Shown here one piece after another: positions 28,413 through 37,442 of a DNA stretch of 64,000 nt. Source of the stretch: Acidimicrobiia bacterium (GTDB lineage Bacteria; Actinomycetota; Acidimicrobiia; Spongiisociales; ZC4RG35); assembly GCA_036259475.1 (NCBI GenBank), contig DATABS010000013.1:51430-115429 (forward strand). Direction: 5' to 3'. The notes below the pieces were generated by a model, which ran no database searches, had not been told where the DNA came from, and was given only the letters and a program-made list of their open reading frames with translations. Positions within the stretch are counted from its first letter, which is position 1. Every line of letters begins with the position of its first letter. The translations under genes and the position numbers were made by a program.

Positions 28413-30014
28413 GTGGCCGACGACGTACAGGTGGTCGTCGAGGACAGCGACGTCGAAGAGCTCCCGCCGTCCCCGCCGAGAGGATGGCTGGCATGGCTCG
28501 GCCTGGCCGCACTGACCCTCGTCCTGCTCGCCGGCACCTTTCCCCCCGGGAGCGAGACACCGACTACGACTTTCCCGCCTATCCCGACGGTAGCCGTTCC
28601 TGAGGTAGTGGCGCAGACTCTCACCTGGGAGCAAGCGACGGGATTCGAGGAAGCGGAGCACATCGGCGGCGTGACCCGCTTCGACGGCGCCTGGTGGGCA
28701 GTCGGCAGCACCGATGTCGGGCTGGGGGTCTGGTCCAGTGACGGTCAGCGCGGACAGTCCTGGAAACTCGCCTCCAGGCCGGGCGGCGACGAAGTCGACG
28801 GTTGGGTCGTCACCGACGTCGACGCCCTGGACGGAAACTTCATCGTCACGGCCGGACCGGAGAACGGTCTCACCGGTGGAAGCCTGTTCGAGTCCGGCGA
28901 CGGTGTCACATGGGAACAACGCCGCCTGTCGTCCTCCTCGGCGCGGCTGCAGACGATCCCGCATCGGGTGATTCCCACTCGTGACGGTGTGATAATCCGC
29001 GGTTTCGGCACCGCCGGCTTCGCCGAGGACAGGGTGGTCGGCCTCCTTCCGGACCGTCTGCACGAGCTGCATGACAACGGTCACGCCGAGTTCGTCGTCA
29101 ACGACTCCGGACAGGTGATCGTTTTCGTGCCTCCCGGCATCGAGATCGACCGGTTCCAGGCGGGAGACCTCAGCCCGGACCTTCCCATGGCTCCCGAACG
29201 ATCGCCCCAGGTGTGGAGAGGTCCGTCGCTCGATGCCCTCGAGGTGTCCCGGGAGGAGTGGTTTCCGTGGGACGTTCAGCCCACCGCCGACGGAACACTG
29301 ATGGCGCCGATAGGGATACAGCTGGCATTTTCGGAAGACGGCGAGGACTGGAAGCCGGTGGGCCCCCGTCTGGACGATCTAATGGGCTTCGTCCCGTGGA
29401 AGGACGGGGCGGCGGCGACGCTGCAGGACGGTGAGCTGCAATATTGGACCCCTGACTCGACAACCATGGCTCCACTGCTACCTGATGAGGTGGTCGATTC
29501 GACAACTCAGTTCAGCCAGGTCGTAGCTGACGACGCGGGACTGGCGGCCCTGGTCAGCGGAGTCAGTTCCACGAGGGACGAGGAGTCGAGGACGCAGGTC
29601 GCAGAGGTGGATGGCACCGAGATGGTGCTCACTCGAGGTCTGACATTGGAGCTGTTTCGTGGCGACGAGCGTCTGTGGAGCGATCTGGTCTGGAACACGC
29701 CAGTCACACTGGAAGAAGGGAACCTTCTTCGATTCGGCGAGCCACCCGACACGATCGGCGTGCCCATCGAGGACTGGATGGAGGCGTTGCGCCAGCACAC
29801 ACGGAGCCAGGGTGCCGACGGAGAAGCGCTCGAGATCGTTCATTCATCCGACGGCCAGAACTGGAGCTCGAGCACGTGGACCGAGATCACGGGACGGGAG
29901 ATCGCTGCCGCTCCCCGCTTGTTCGCCACTGACGACTTCATCCTCGCCGTGGACCAGACCCGCTTCCCCATGCCGTACATGAATGGAGCGTGGCTCGGCC
30001 GACCAACCGGCTGA
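28413..30014 (+). CDS. Membrane-anchored hypothetical protein with BNR-like S.DG..W repeats
   Basis: One N-terminal TM; SSDGQRGQSW, SGDGVTW, SEDGEDW, SSDGQNW repeats. Confidence 0.7.
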   Translation: MADDVQVVVEDSDVEELPPSPPRGWLAWLGLAALTLVLLAGTFPPGSETPTTTFPPIPTVAVPEVVAQTLTWEQATGFEEAEHIGGVTRFDGAWWAVGSTDVGLGVWSSDGQRGQSWKLASRPGGDEVDGWVVTDVDALDGNFIVTAGPENGLTGGSLFESGDGVTWEQRRLSSSSARLQTIPHRVIPTRDGVIIRGFGTAGFAEDRVVGLLPDRLHELHDNGHAEFVVNDSGQVIVFVPPGIEIDRFQAGDLSPDLPMAPERSPQVWRGPSLDALEVSREEWFPWDVQPTADGTLMAPIGIQLAFSEDGEDWKPVGPRLDDLMGFVPWKDGAAATLQDGELQYWTPDSTTMAPLLPDEVVDSTTQFSQVVADDAGLAALVSGVSSTRDEESRTQVAEVDGTEMVLTRGLTLELFRGDERLWSDLVWNTPVTLEEGNLLRFGEPPDTIGVPIEDWMEALRQHTRSQGADGEALEIVHSSDGQNWSSSTWTEITGREIAAAPRLFATDDFILAVDQTRFPMPYMNGAWLGRPTG

Positions 30015-30049
30015 GAAAATCGTCGGATTCCCGGCGACCCTCTGGTTTG

Positions 30050-30071
30050 TGTGGGTGTGGTGTTGTAGGTT
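30050..30071 (+). promoter_or_regulatory. PafBC/RecA-NDp-type promoter (TGTGGG-N10-TAGGTT), leaderless
   Basis: Ends 6 nt before the DUF222 ATG. Confidence 0.55.
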
Positions 30072-30077
30072 GACGGT

Positions 30078-31245
30078 ATGGGCGAACATACGTTCGGATC
30101 CGGCTTGTCGGTCGAGGAGGAGCCTTCGACGCCGATGGAGAAGGTGGTCGATTTCGACGAGTTGACGGCCGGTAGCCGGCTGATGCGGCTGTGTGCGGTG
30201 GCCGAGTTGGACCGGTCCAAGGACTTCGAGTACGACGGTTACACCTCGACGTCGGGGTTTCTCATCCACCGCTGTGGCATGTCCGTCGGTGAAGCCACCC
30301 GGGAGGTGTTTGTGGCGAGGTCGCTGGATCAGATGGGCTATTCGGTCAAGTCGGCGTTCGCCGGGCACATCTCTCTGACCCAACTGGAACTGCTGGCCCA
30401 TGCCCGGGCCCGCCACCCCGACGAGTTCGCCGCCGACGAGGCCACCCTGGTCGATTCGGTGTCGGGTTTGACCGTGGCCCAAACCCGCCAAGCAGTGGAC
30501 TACTGGACCCAGGCCCACGACCAAGCCCCTGAATCAGAACAGGATGAGCCGGTGCCGTCGCGGGCTTACGGTGTCGAAGACGTGGCAGGGCCGGTGGCGT
30601 CTCGACGGCGACTTGGATCCCCTGGCCGGTGACCTGTTGGACACGGCGTTGGATGAGCTCATGTCAGAGATCGTCGACACCACACCCAAAGACGAACTGG
30701 AAACGGCGCCGGTGCGGCGAGCCCAAGCCCTCGAAGAGCTAGCCCGCCGCTTCTTGGGCTCCCCTGCTGGTCCCAGCGACCACGGCAACCGGCCCCACCT
30801 CACCGCCATCGTCGACTGGGACATCCTCACCGGAGCCACCCGCCACGGCGTGTCGGAACTCCTCGACGGGACCGTCATCGCCCCCCACACCGCCCAACGT
30901 CTCGCCTGCGACGCCAAAGTGTGCCGCCTCCTCACCGGACCCGCCGGAGAAATCTTGGACCTGGGACGCAGCGTCCGCACCGTCACCCCCGCCCAATGGC
31001 GCGCCCTGCGCCTCAGAGACCGCCACTGCCAATGGTGGGGCTGTTTCCGTCCCGCCGCCTGGTGCGACGCCCACCACATCCTCCACTGGACCCAAGGCGG
31101 CACCACCAACCTCACCAACCTGGTCCTCATCTGCCGCCACCACCACACCCTCATCCACCGCCACCAATGGAAACTCACCGGCACCCCCCGAAACCTCACC
31201 ATCACCCGACCCGACGGAACCATCCTCAACCACAGCCCGCCGTAG
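30078..31245 (+). pseudogene. DUF222-HNH endonuclease (13E12/Rv1128c family), frameshifted
   Basis: ORFs 30078-30632 and 30544-31245 join into one protein if one G at 30570/30571 is removed; AQRLACDA, RDRHC.WWGC, CDAHHI.HW..GG.T.L.NLVLIC..HH. Confidence 0.85.
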
Positions 31246-31247
31246 GC

Positions 31248-32702
31248 TCAGTCGACGGATCCGTCCAGAATCTGCAGAGTCTTCAAGTCCGAATGGAACT
31301 CGAGGGCGTAGTCGCCCCCTTCCCGCCCCATCCCCGATATCCGGCAGCCCCCGAACGGTGCTGTCAGGTCGCGCACCAGGAATGTGTTGACCCAAACCGT
31401 CCCGGCCCGAATGGCCCGGCCCACCCGGTCGGCTCTCACAGCCGAGCCGGTGAACACGATTCCCGACAGCCCGTAGCGAGTGGAGTTGGCCAGTGCCACC
31501 GCCTCGTCCTCGTCGGAGAAGGTCTGGAACGTGAGCACCGGCCCGAATATCTCATGCTGTACCACCTCGGAGTCGTTCGACGCCGGATTGATGAGGGTGG
31601 GCTCGTACCAGAGGCCGCCCTCAACCGGCTTGCCGCCCATCACCACTTCGTCGCCGTTGTCCCGTGCTCTCTCCACGAAACCGTGGACCCGCTCCCGGTG
31701 ATCGGGATGGATCATCGGAGCGATGGTGGTCGCCGGATCACGGCTGTCGCCCATTACGTGGGTGCCGACGAAGTGGTAGAACCGATCGAGGAAGCGGTCG
31801 GCGATCGACTCCTGGACGAGGAGCCGGGTGCCGGCCAGGCAGACCTGTCCCGAGTCGTCATACTGCCAGGCGGCCCGATGAGCGGCGGCTTCGAGATCGG
31901 CATCCTCGAACACCACGAGCGGCCCTTTGCCGCCCAGCTCGGCAGTGAACGGCACCAGGTTTCGGGCCGCCGCCTCGCCGATCGATCGGCCGGTTTCCGG
32001 GGAACCGGTGAAGGAGATCCGTCTCACCCGATCGTCGGCCACGAGAGCCGCCCCCACCTCTTCGCCGAACCCCTGGACCACGTTGAAGACACCGGGTGGA
32101 AAGTCCGCCTCGGCCGTGAAGTCCGCCAGCAACGACGCCGACAATGGCGACCACTCGGCGGGCTTGAGGACGACGGGGTTCCCGGCGGCCAGAGCAGGAG
32201 CCACCTTCCATGTCGCCAGCATCCATGGCGCATTCCAGGGCGTGATGATCACGGCCGGCCCGGCGGGCATTCGGATCACCGTGTTGGCAGTCCCTTTCGA
32301 GCTCCAGCGCCTTTCGACATGCCTCGAGGCGAGATCGGCGTAGTTGCGGAAGTTCTCGGCTCCCCGATGGACCAAGCGGGCACGCATCGACTTGAGCAGC
32401 ATCGCCATGTCGAGGGTCTCGACCTGTGCGACCCGCTCCACGTTCTCGTCGATGATGTCGGCCAGGCGGTGGAGGTACGCAGCTCGTTCGTCGGGGGAGA
32501 GGCGGCCCCATTCGGAGGCGGCCTCTTCGGCGGCGGCTACGGCGGCAGAAGCCGTGGCGGCGTCACCTCGGGAGATCTCCGCCAACACAAGGCCCCAGTC
32601 GTTGGGCGATCGAGTCTCGAAGGTGGTGGGCGATCCGAGCCGCTCGCCGCCGATCCAATGATGGGGCGAGACGTCGAAGCCGGCGATGTCGACTCGGCTG
32701 AT
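31248..32702 (-). CDS. Aldehyde dehydrogenase, hydroxymuconate-semialdehyde (HpaE/DmpC-like) type
   Basis: ITPWNAP, LKPAEWSP, FTGSPETG, ELGGK, GQVCLAG, EIFGPV; probable ATC start at 32702. Confidence 0.9.
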   Translation of the reverse strand: MSRVDIAGFDVSPHHWIGGERLGSPTTFETRSPNDWGLVLAEISRGDAATASAAVAAAEEAASEWGRLSPDERAAYLHRLADIIDENVERVAQVETLDMAMLLKSMRARLVHRGAENFRNYADLASRHVERRWSSKGTANTVIRMPAGPAVIITPWNAPWMLATWKVAPALAAGNPVVLKPAEWSPLSASLLADFTAEADFPPGVFNVVQGFGEEVGAALVADDRVRRISFTGSPETGRSIGEAAARNLVPFTAELGGKGPLVVFEDADLEAAAHRAAWQYDDSGQVCLAGTRLLVQESIADRFLDRFYHFVGTHVMGDSRDPATTIAPMIHPDHRERVHGFVERARDNGDEVVMGGKPVEGGLWYEPTLINPASNDSEVVQHEIFGPVLTFQTFSDEDEAVALANSTRYGLSGIVFTGSAVRADRVGRAIRAGTVWVNTFLVRDLTAPFGGCRISGMGREGGDYALEFHSDLKTLQILDGSVD

Positions 32703-32718
32703 GGTTCTCCTCCGGTTG

Positions 32719-32737
32719 GTTCGGCACCGAAATGATA
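32719..32737 (-). promoter_or_regulatory. -10 box (TATCAT) plus operator palindrome upstream of the ALDH gene
   Basis: GTTCGGCACCGAAA 32719-32732, nearly identical to 33294-33307. Confidence 0.65.
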
Positions 32738-32756
32738 TCGTGGCCGTCCGATCGGC

Positions 32757-33263
32757 ATGCCCTCCCCGCTGCACAGCAACGACGACGACATCCTCCAGGC
32801 CGAGCGCGACATTCGTGCCCGTCTCGGTCATCTGGGGCTCGACTTCCCTGCCCTGATGGCGGTCTCCAACATCTACCGGGCCGCCACCGCCGTTCGCAAC
32901 CGTGTCGAGAGGGAAGTGCTGTCGGAACACGGCCTGTCTTGGGGCGGTTTCACGATACTCTTCGTGCTTTGGGTCTGGGGCCCGATGGAAGCGGCCCGGT
33001 TGGCGGCCGAGTGCGGCCTGGCCAAGGGCACCCTCAGCGGGATGGCCGAAACCCTCGAGCGTCGGCAGCTGATCCAGCGCCACCGGATGCCGAGCGACCG
33101 ACGGCGCGTGAGCGTTCAGCTCACCGACTCGGGCGCGGAGCTGATAGGCGAGGTCTTTCCCCGCTTCAACGATGTCGAGTCCGCCGTGGTGCAAGAGCTC
33201 GACGAGGCAGAAGTGGCAGAAGTGTCGCGCCTGCTCCGACAGGTGACACGCAGCGCCGGGTGA
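32757..33263 (+). CDS. MarR-family regulator (HpaR-like position)
   Basis: GLSWGGFTILFVLW, TLSGMAETLERRQLI.R...SDRR. Confidence 0.92.
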   Translation: MPSPLHSNDDDILQAERDIRARLGHLGLDFPALMAVSNIYRAATAVRNRVEREVLSEHGLSWGGFTILFVLWVWGPMEAARLAAECGLAKGTLSGMAETLERRQLIQRHRMPSDRRRVSVQLTDSGAELIGEVFPRFNDVESAVVQELDEAEVAEVSRLLRQVTRSAG

Positions 33264-33289
33264 CCATTGTCGGGCGGCTCCGCCAACGG

Positions 33290-33307
33290 TATCGTTCGGT
33301 ACCGAAC
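33290..33307 (+). promoter_or_regulatory. -10 box (TATCGT) plus perfect operator palindrome GTTCGGTACCGAAC
   Basis: 14 bp perfect palindrome overlapping the -10 box, upstream of the dioxygenase RBS. Confidence 0.7.
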
Positions 33308-33323
33308 TAGTCGTGGAGGAACG

Positions 33324-34199
33324 ATGGGCGAGATCGTAGGTGCCGGGCTGATATCACATGCCCCGACCATCATGTTCGACGAGGCCACCCGCCGTGAGCT
33401 GAATGACGGCAAGGAGATCAGTCTGGTTCCGGGTCTGAACCGGTTGAGGGACGAGGTGCTGAGCCGGCTGCGGCCCGACACCATCGTGATCATCGACTCG
33501 CATTGGTTCTCCACCGTCGAGCACATCGTCTCGGCGCATGACCGGCGCCAGGGGATATTCACTTCCTCCGAGCTGCCCCGGGGAATGGCTCGGATCCCGT
33601 ACGATTATCCGGGCGACCCCCAGCTCGGGCATGCCATCGCCCGAGCCGGCGCCGAATTGGGCCAGCCCACCCACGCTTCCGACGATGAGTACCTGCCGGT
33701 CTACTACGCCACGATCAACCTGGTCCACTATCTGCGGACGTCCGAGAGAGTCGTGTCGATATCTCTCGTGCAGACTGGAGAGATGAAGGACTTCATGGCG
33801 ATGGGAGAGGGCATCGCCCGTGCCGTCGACGAGTCCGACAGGAGAGTGGTCCTCCTGGCCAGCGGCGGAATGACCCATCGGTTCTGGTCGCTCACCGAAC
33901 TGGGCGACCATGAAGCATCCGATCCGTCCCACATCATCACGCCGGAGGCGAGGGCGGCCGACGAGCAACGGATTGCGTGGATGGAGTCGGGCGAGCTCCA
34001 TCGGATCGTCGACACGATGGACGAGTACTACACCCACGCTCCTGAAGGCGACTTCGGGCATTTCCTCATGATGCTGGCGGCAATCGGTGGTCGCGATTGC
34101 ATCGCCCGGGGAGAGCGATTCTCGGACTATGAGAACGCCACCGGGACCGGTCAGGTCCACGTCTGGTTCGAGCGCCCGGAGGGCGGCTGGACCGGGTGA
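33324..34199 (+). CDS. LigB-family extradiol ring-cleavage dioxygenase (HpaD-like)
   Basis: SHAPT, IIDSHW, LLASGGMTH, PEG.FGH; ATG 33324 after GGAGG. Confidence 0.88.
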   Translation: MGEIVGAGLISHAPTIMFDEATRRELNDGKEISLVPGLNRLRDEVLSRLRPDTIVIIDSHWFSTVEHIVSAHDRRQGIFTSSELPRGMARIPYDYPGDPQLGHAIARAGAELGQPTHASDDEYLPVYYATINLVHYLRTSERVVSISLVQTGEMKDFMAMGEGIARAVDESDRRVVLLASGGMTHRFWSLTELGDHEASDPSHIITPEARAADEQRIAWMESGELHRIVDTMDEYYTHAPEGDFGHFLMMLAAIGGRDCIARGERFSDYENATGTGQVHVWFERPEGGWTG

Positions 34200-34380
34200 C
34201 GAGGGCCGAAATCGCGGGCTGAGCACGCCGGTCTATCTCGGTCCGGCGCCGGACAAGCTTCCGACCGTCGCACCGCAGGGCATGAAGTCTTGTGTCCCGA
34301 CGGCACCGCCGAGCCGGAGCTGACGAGCCCGCCCTGAGCTTGGGAATGGGCAGCCGGCACCTCCTGCCACAATTGCGCTT

Positions 34381-36045
34381 GTGCCACCTCCCATCGCACC
34401 CGCCGCTCGCCTGCGGGCGGATCTGGATGCGCTGGCCGACGCCGTATCGTCGGCGGGCTTCGGGCTGGCCTCGATCGACCAGGAGGAGCGTCGTGACAGG
34501 CGCGATGAGCTGGTCGGGGTCATTCGTTCCTACCTGATACCTCGGCTGGGCGACCAATCCGCTCCGCTCATCGTGGTGGTCGCCGGCCCGACCGGCTCGG
34601 GGAAGTCGACGGTGGTCAATTCTCTCGCCGAGCGGGAGGTGAGCCGACCCGGTCCCCTTCGCCCTACCACTCGCCAGCCGGTGGTCTGGTGCCATGAGCG
34701 CCACGCCGACCGCTATCGCAAGTTCGGGACGGTCGAGTGCAAGGTGGTGCCCGACGACCATCCCCTCCTCGGTGACCTCACGGTGGTCGACACACCCGAC
34801 ATCGACTCCTATGTGGCCGACCATCGCCGGGTCACCGCGGAAGTTCTCCATCATGCCGACGTGGTGATCTTCCTCACGTCCGCCCAGCGATATGCCGATG
34901 CCGTTCCCTGGGAGATCCTCGGGGACATCGACCGTCGCGGCAGCATCATCATCTACGTGATGAACCGCCTCAACCGCCGCGCTTCAGGCGCGGTATCCGA
35001 CTACGGAGCCCTGTTGCGTCGGAATGGCCTGGAGGTGGTCGAGATCCATTCCATCCAGGAGCAGCGGGTCCGGGGTGAGGCCGGGATGCTGCCCGGACGG
35101 GCGATGTCCAAGCTCGGTGACGAGCTGCGGGAACTGGCTAGCGATCGGCAGAAGGTGCTCTCGGGCGTCACCCGGCGAGCCTCCCAATATGCCGTCGACG
35201 CCGCCCGTAACCTCGCGGGGGAGGTCGAGGAGCAGGAACTCGAGCGCCAGCGGCTTTCGGCGGTGGTGGAGAGGATCTACGAGGACGCCCGCGCCGAGTT
35301 GACCGCCGAACTGGATCGGGGTGCCCTGATTCGCACCGAAGTGGTCGACCGATGGAGCGAGCGGGTGGGGACAGGCGAGGTGGCGCGCTGGGTACGAGGG
35401 TCTGCGTCATGGCTCCGAGGTGTCGCCGATCGACTCACAGGCCAGCCCGCCGCCGTCGTCGACCAGATCGAACACGAGGCTCGGCGGGAACTGGCCGACG
35501 CCATCGGCACCCGGCTCGACCGTGCGGCGCGGGCGGTGGCGACGGCCTGGGAGGTCGACCGAAGCGGACGCGAGCTGATCACGCCCGATCTGCGGACCAG
35601 TGGCGAGGAGGCCCGCCTGGAAGTCGGCGCCACCGTCGACGAGTGGTTGGCCGGGCTGACGCGGATGGTGGAGGAGGAGGCGCCGGGGCGGTTTCGGGCG
35701 GCACGCGTCGCCTCGACCGGGGTGAATGCCGCCGCCGTTTCGACCATCCTCGCCGTCTTCGCCGCCACCGGGGGCATCACTGGTGCCGAATTCGGGGTGG
35801 CTGCCGGTGCGGCCGCCGCCCAGCAGGGCATTCTCGAGCATGTGCTCGGCCGGGCCGCCGCTCGCTCGCTCTCGGGATCGGCCCGGGACAGCCTCCTCAC
35901 CTCTATCGGATCGGTTTTCGAGGCCGAAGCCGCCCGATTCTTCCGGGTCTTGAAAGCGGCCTCCGATCCGGTCGAACTGGCCGATCAGATCCGCCAGGCG
36001 GCGGCAACGGTGGAAGCCGAGTCGGAAGACTTCCATGCAAGGTGA
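34381..36045 (+). CDS. Dynamin-like GTPase, first of a pair
   Basis: GPTGSGKST, RPTT, DTPDIDS; helical stalk with a hydrophobic hairpin. Confidence 0.85.
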   Translation: MPPPIAPAARLRADLDALADAVSSAGFGLASIDQEERRDRRDELVGVIRSYLIPRLGDQSAPLIVVVAGPTGSGKSTVVNSLAEREVSRPGPLRPTTRQPVVWCHERHADRYRKFGTVECKVVPDDHPLLGDLTVVDTPDIDSYVADHRRVTAEVLHHADVVIFLTSAQRYADAVPWEILGDIDRRGSIIIYVMNRLNRRASGAVSDYGALLRRNGLEVVEIHSIQEQRVRGEAGMLPGRAMSKLGDELRELASDRQKVLSGVTRRASQYAVDAARNLAGEVEEQELERQRLSAVVERIYEDARAELTAELDRGALIRTEVVDRWSERVGTGEVARWVRGSASWLRGVADRLTGQPAAVVDQIEHEARRELADAIGTRLDRAARAVATAWEVDRSGRELITPDLRTSGEEARLEVGATVDEWLAGLTRMVEEEAPGRFRAARVASTGVNAAAVSTILAVFAATGGITGAEFGVAAGAAAAQQGILEHVLGRAAARSLSGSARDSLLTSIGSVFEAEAARFFRVLKAASDPVELADQIRQAAATVEAESEDFHAR

Positions 36046-37441
36046 CCTGGTGGCGGCCCTGGATGCCTTCGACCGGGTCATCGCGGCGGCCGACGGATTG
36101 GTGGAGGAAGACCGGCTGGAACCGATAGCGCGCACGGTTCGCTCGGTTCGTGACAGGGCCGGTTACCTGGGCGACACCCTGGTAGCGGCCGTCGCCGGCG
36201 GGACCGGCTCGGGCAAGTCGAGTCTCATCAACGCTCTCGCCGGCGAGGAGGTGACCGAGTCAGGCGGCATGCGTCCCACCACCGGCGTTCCCGTCGCCTG
36301 GATCCCAGCCAATCCCGAACCCGGCGTGGTCCGTCTCCTCGACGATCTCGGTGTGAAAGAGAGGGTGGGACAGGACCTCCATCCATGGCTGGCCCTGCTG
36401 GACCTGCCCGACACCGACTCGGTCGTCGTCGACCACCGTCACACCGTCGAGGCCCTCCTCCCGCGGGTCGATCTCGTCCTATGGGTCATCGATCCGGAGA
36501 AATACCAGGACCGGGTGCTGCATCAACGCTACCTGGAGCCGCTCGCCGCCTACGAGCGTCAATTCGTATTCGTTCTCAACCAGATCGACCGCCTGGAAGC
36601 TGAAACCGTCACACGGCTCGTGGAGGATCTCGCCGGTACCCTGGCGGCCGACGGCATCACCCGCCCCAAGATCGTTCCGGTCGCGGCCGATCCCGATGCA
36701 GGCCCGCCCATCGGGGTCGACGATCTGGTCGAGATGCTCGAGCAGACCGTCGACGTCAAGCGACTCGTATACGACAAGCTCGCCACCGACCTGTCCGAGG
36801 CGGCACGCCAGCTGTCGGCGCTTCCCGACCTCTCCGGCGGTGTCGGGTTCGGAACCCGATGGGACGAGGCTCGCTTGGAGGCCGCCCGGCTGCTGGCGGA
36901 AGGAGAGCGGCGCCGCTGCGAAGCCCACCTGAACGAGTTCATCGCCGACCTGGCCGATGAGGTCGGGGGAGGGGCGGGCGATGCCCTCCGCGACGAGGTC
37001 GGAACGGATGCCGTTTCGTCGGCCGTCGAGGTGGCGTACGAATCCTCCGGCGCCTACCGCAGCCCGCCGGCTCCTCCTGCTCCCGCTTGGGTCTCGCCGG
37101 TGCGCTGGCTCGCCGTGGCCGTCCTTCTTGCCGGGGCGGTATGGGGTGTCGACCGCCTCCGAACGGGCGGCGGCCTGGTGTGGCCGGTGATCGTCGCCCT
37201 CGCTGCTGCCCTCATCTGGGTCGGAGTGGGGGCATGGACATCTGGGCACCGAACCCGGCTCGCCGCCCGCCTCCGCGACGAGCAGCGTCGGGAATTGGTC
37301 GATCCGATCGCCCGACAGCTCGACACCCAGCTAGGACGCAAGCTGCGGACGGTGCTGCGACGGCGGGCCGGAGCCACCGCCGCCGCCACGGAGCTGAATC
37401 TGGCCCTGGCAGAGCTCGACCGGCGACTCGGGGAGCGCTGA
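36035..37441 (+). CDS. Dynamin-like GTPase, second of a pair, with two C-terminal TMs
   Basis: GGTGSGKSS, RPTT, DLPDTDS, DPEKYQD, NQID; overlaps the first gene. Confidence 0.85.
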   Translation: MQGDLVAALDAFDRVIAAADGLVEEDRLEPIARTVRSVRDRAGYLGDTLVAAVAGGTGSGKSSLINALAGEEVTESGGMRPTTGVPVAWIPANPEPGVVRLLDDLGVKERVGQDLHPWLALLDLPDTDSVVVDHRHTVEALLPRVDLVLWVIDPEKYQDRVLHQRYLEPLAAYERQFVFVLNQIDRLEAETVTRLVEDLAGTLAADGITRPKIVPVAADPDAGPPIGVDDLVEMLEQTVDVKRLVYDKLATDLSEAARQLSALPDLSGGVGFGTRWDEARLEAARLLAEGERRRCEAHLNEFIADLADEVGGGAGDALRDEVGTDAVSSAVEVAYESSGAYRSPPAPPAPAWVSPVRWLAVAVLLAGAVWGVDRLRTGGGLVWPVIVALAAALIWVGVGAWTSGHRTRLAARLRDEQRRELVDPIARQLDTQLGRKLRTVLRRRAGATAAATELNLALAELDRRLGER

Positions 37442-37442
37442 G

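Noticed and set aside
30921-32735. Long alternative-frame or antisense ORFs (this one, 26724-28241, 10197-11702, 1906-2961, 58197-59357 and similar)
   Set aside because: Arg/Pro/Gly-rich shadows of real genes caused by stop-codon scarcity in GC-rich DNA; no recognisable motifs.
33294-33307. LexA box
   Set aside because: Half-sites are in the opposite order (GTTCG-N4-CGAAC) to the actinobacterial CGAAC-N4-GTTCG box, and context points to the adjacent MarR.
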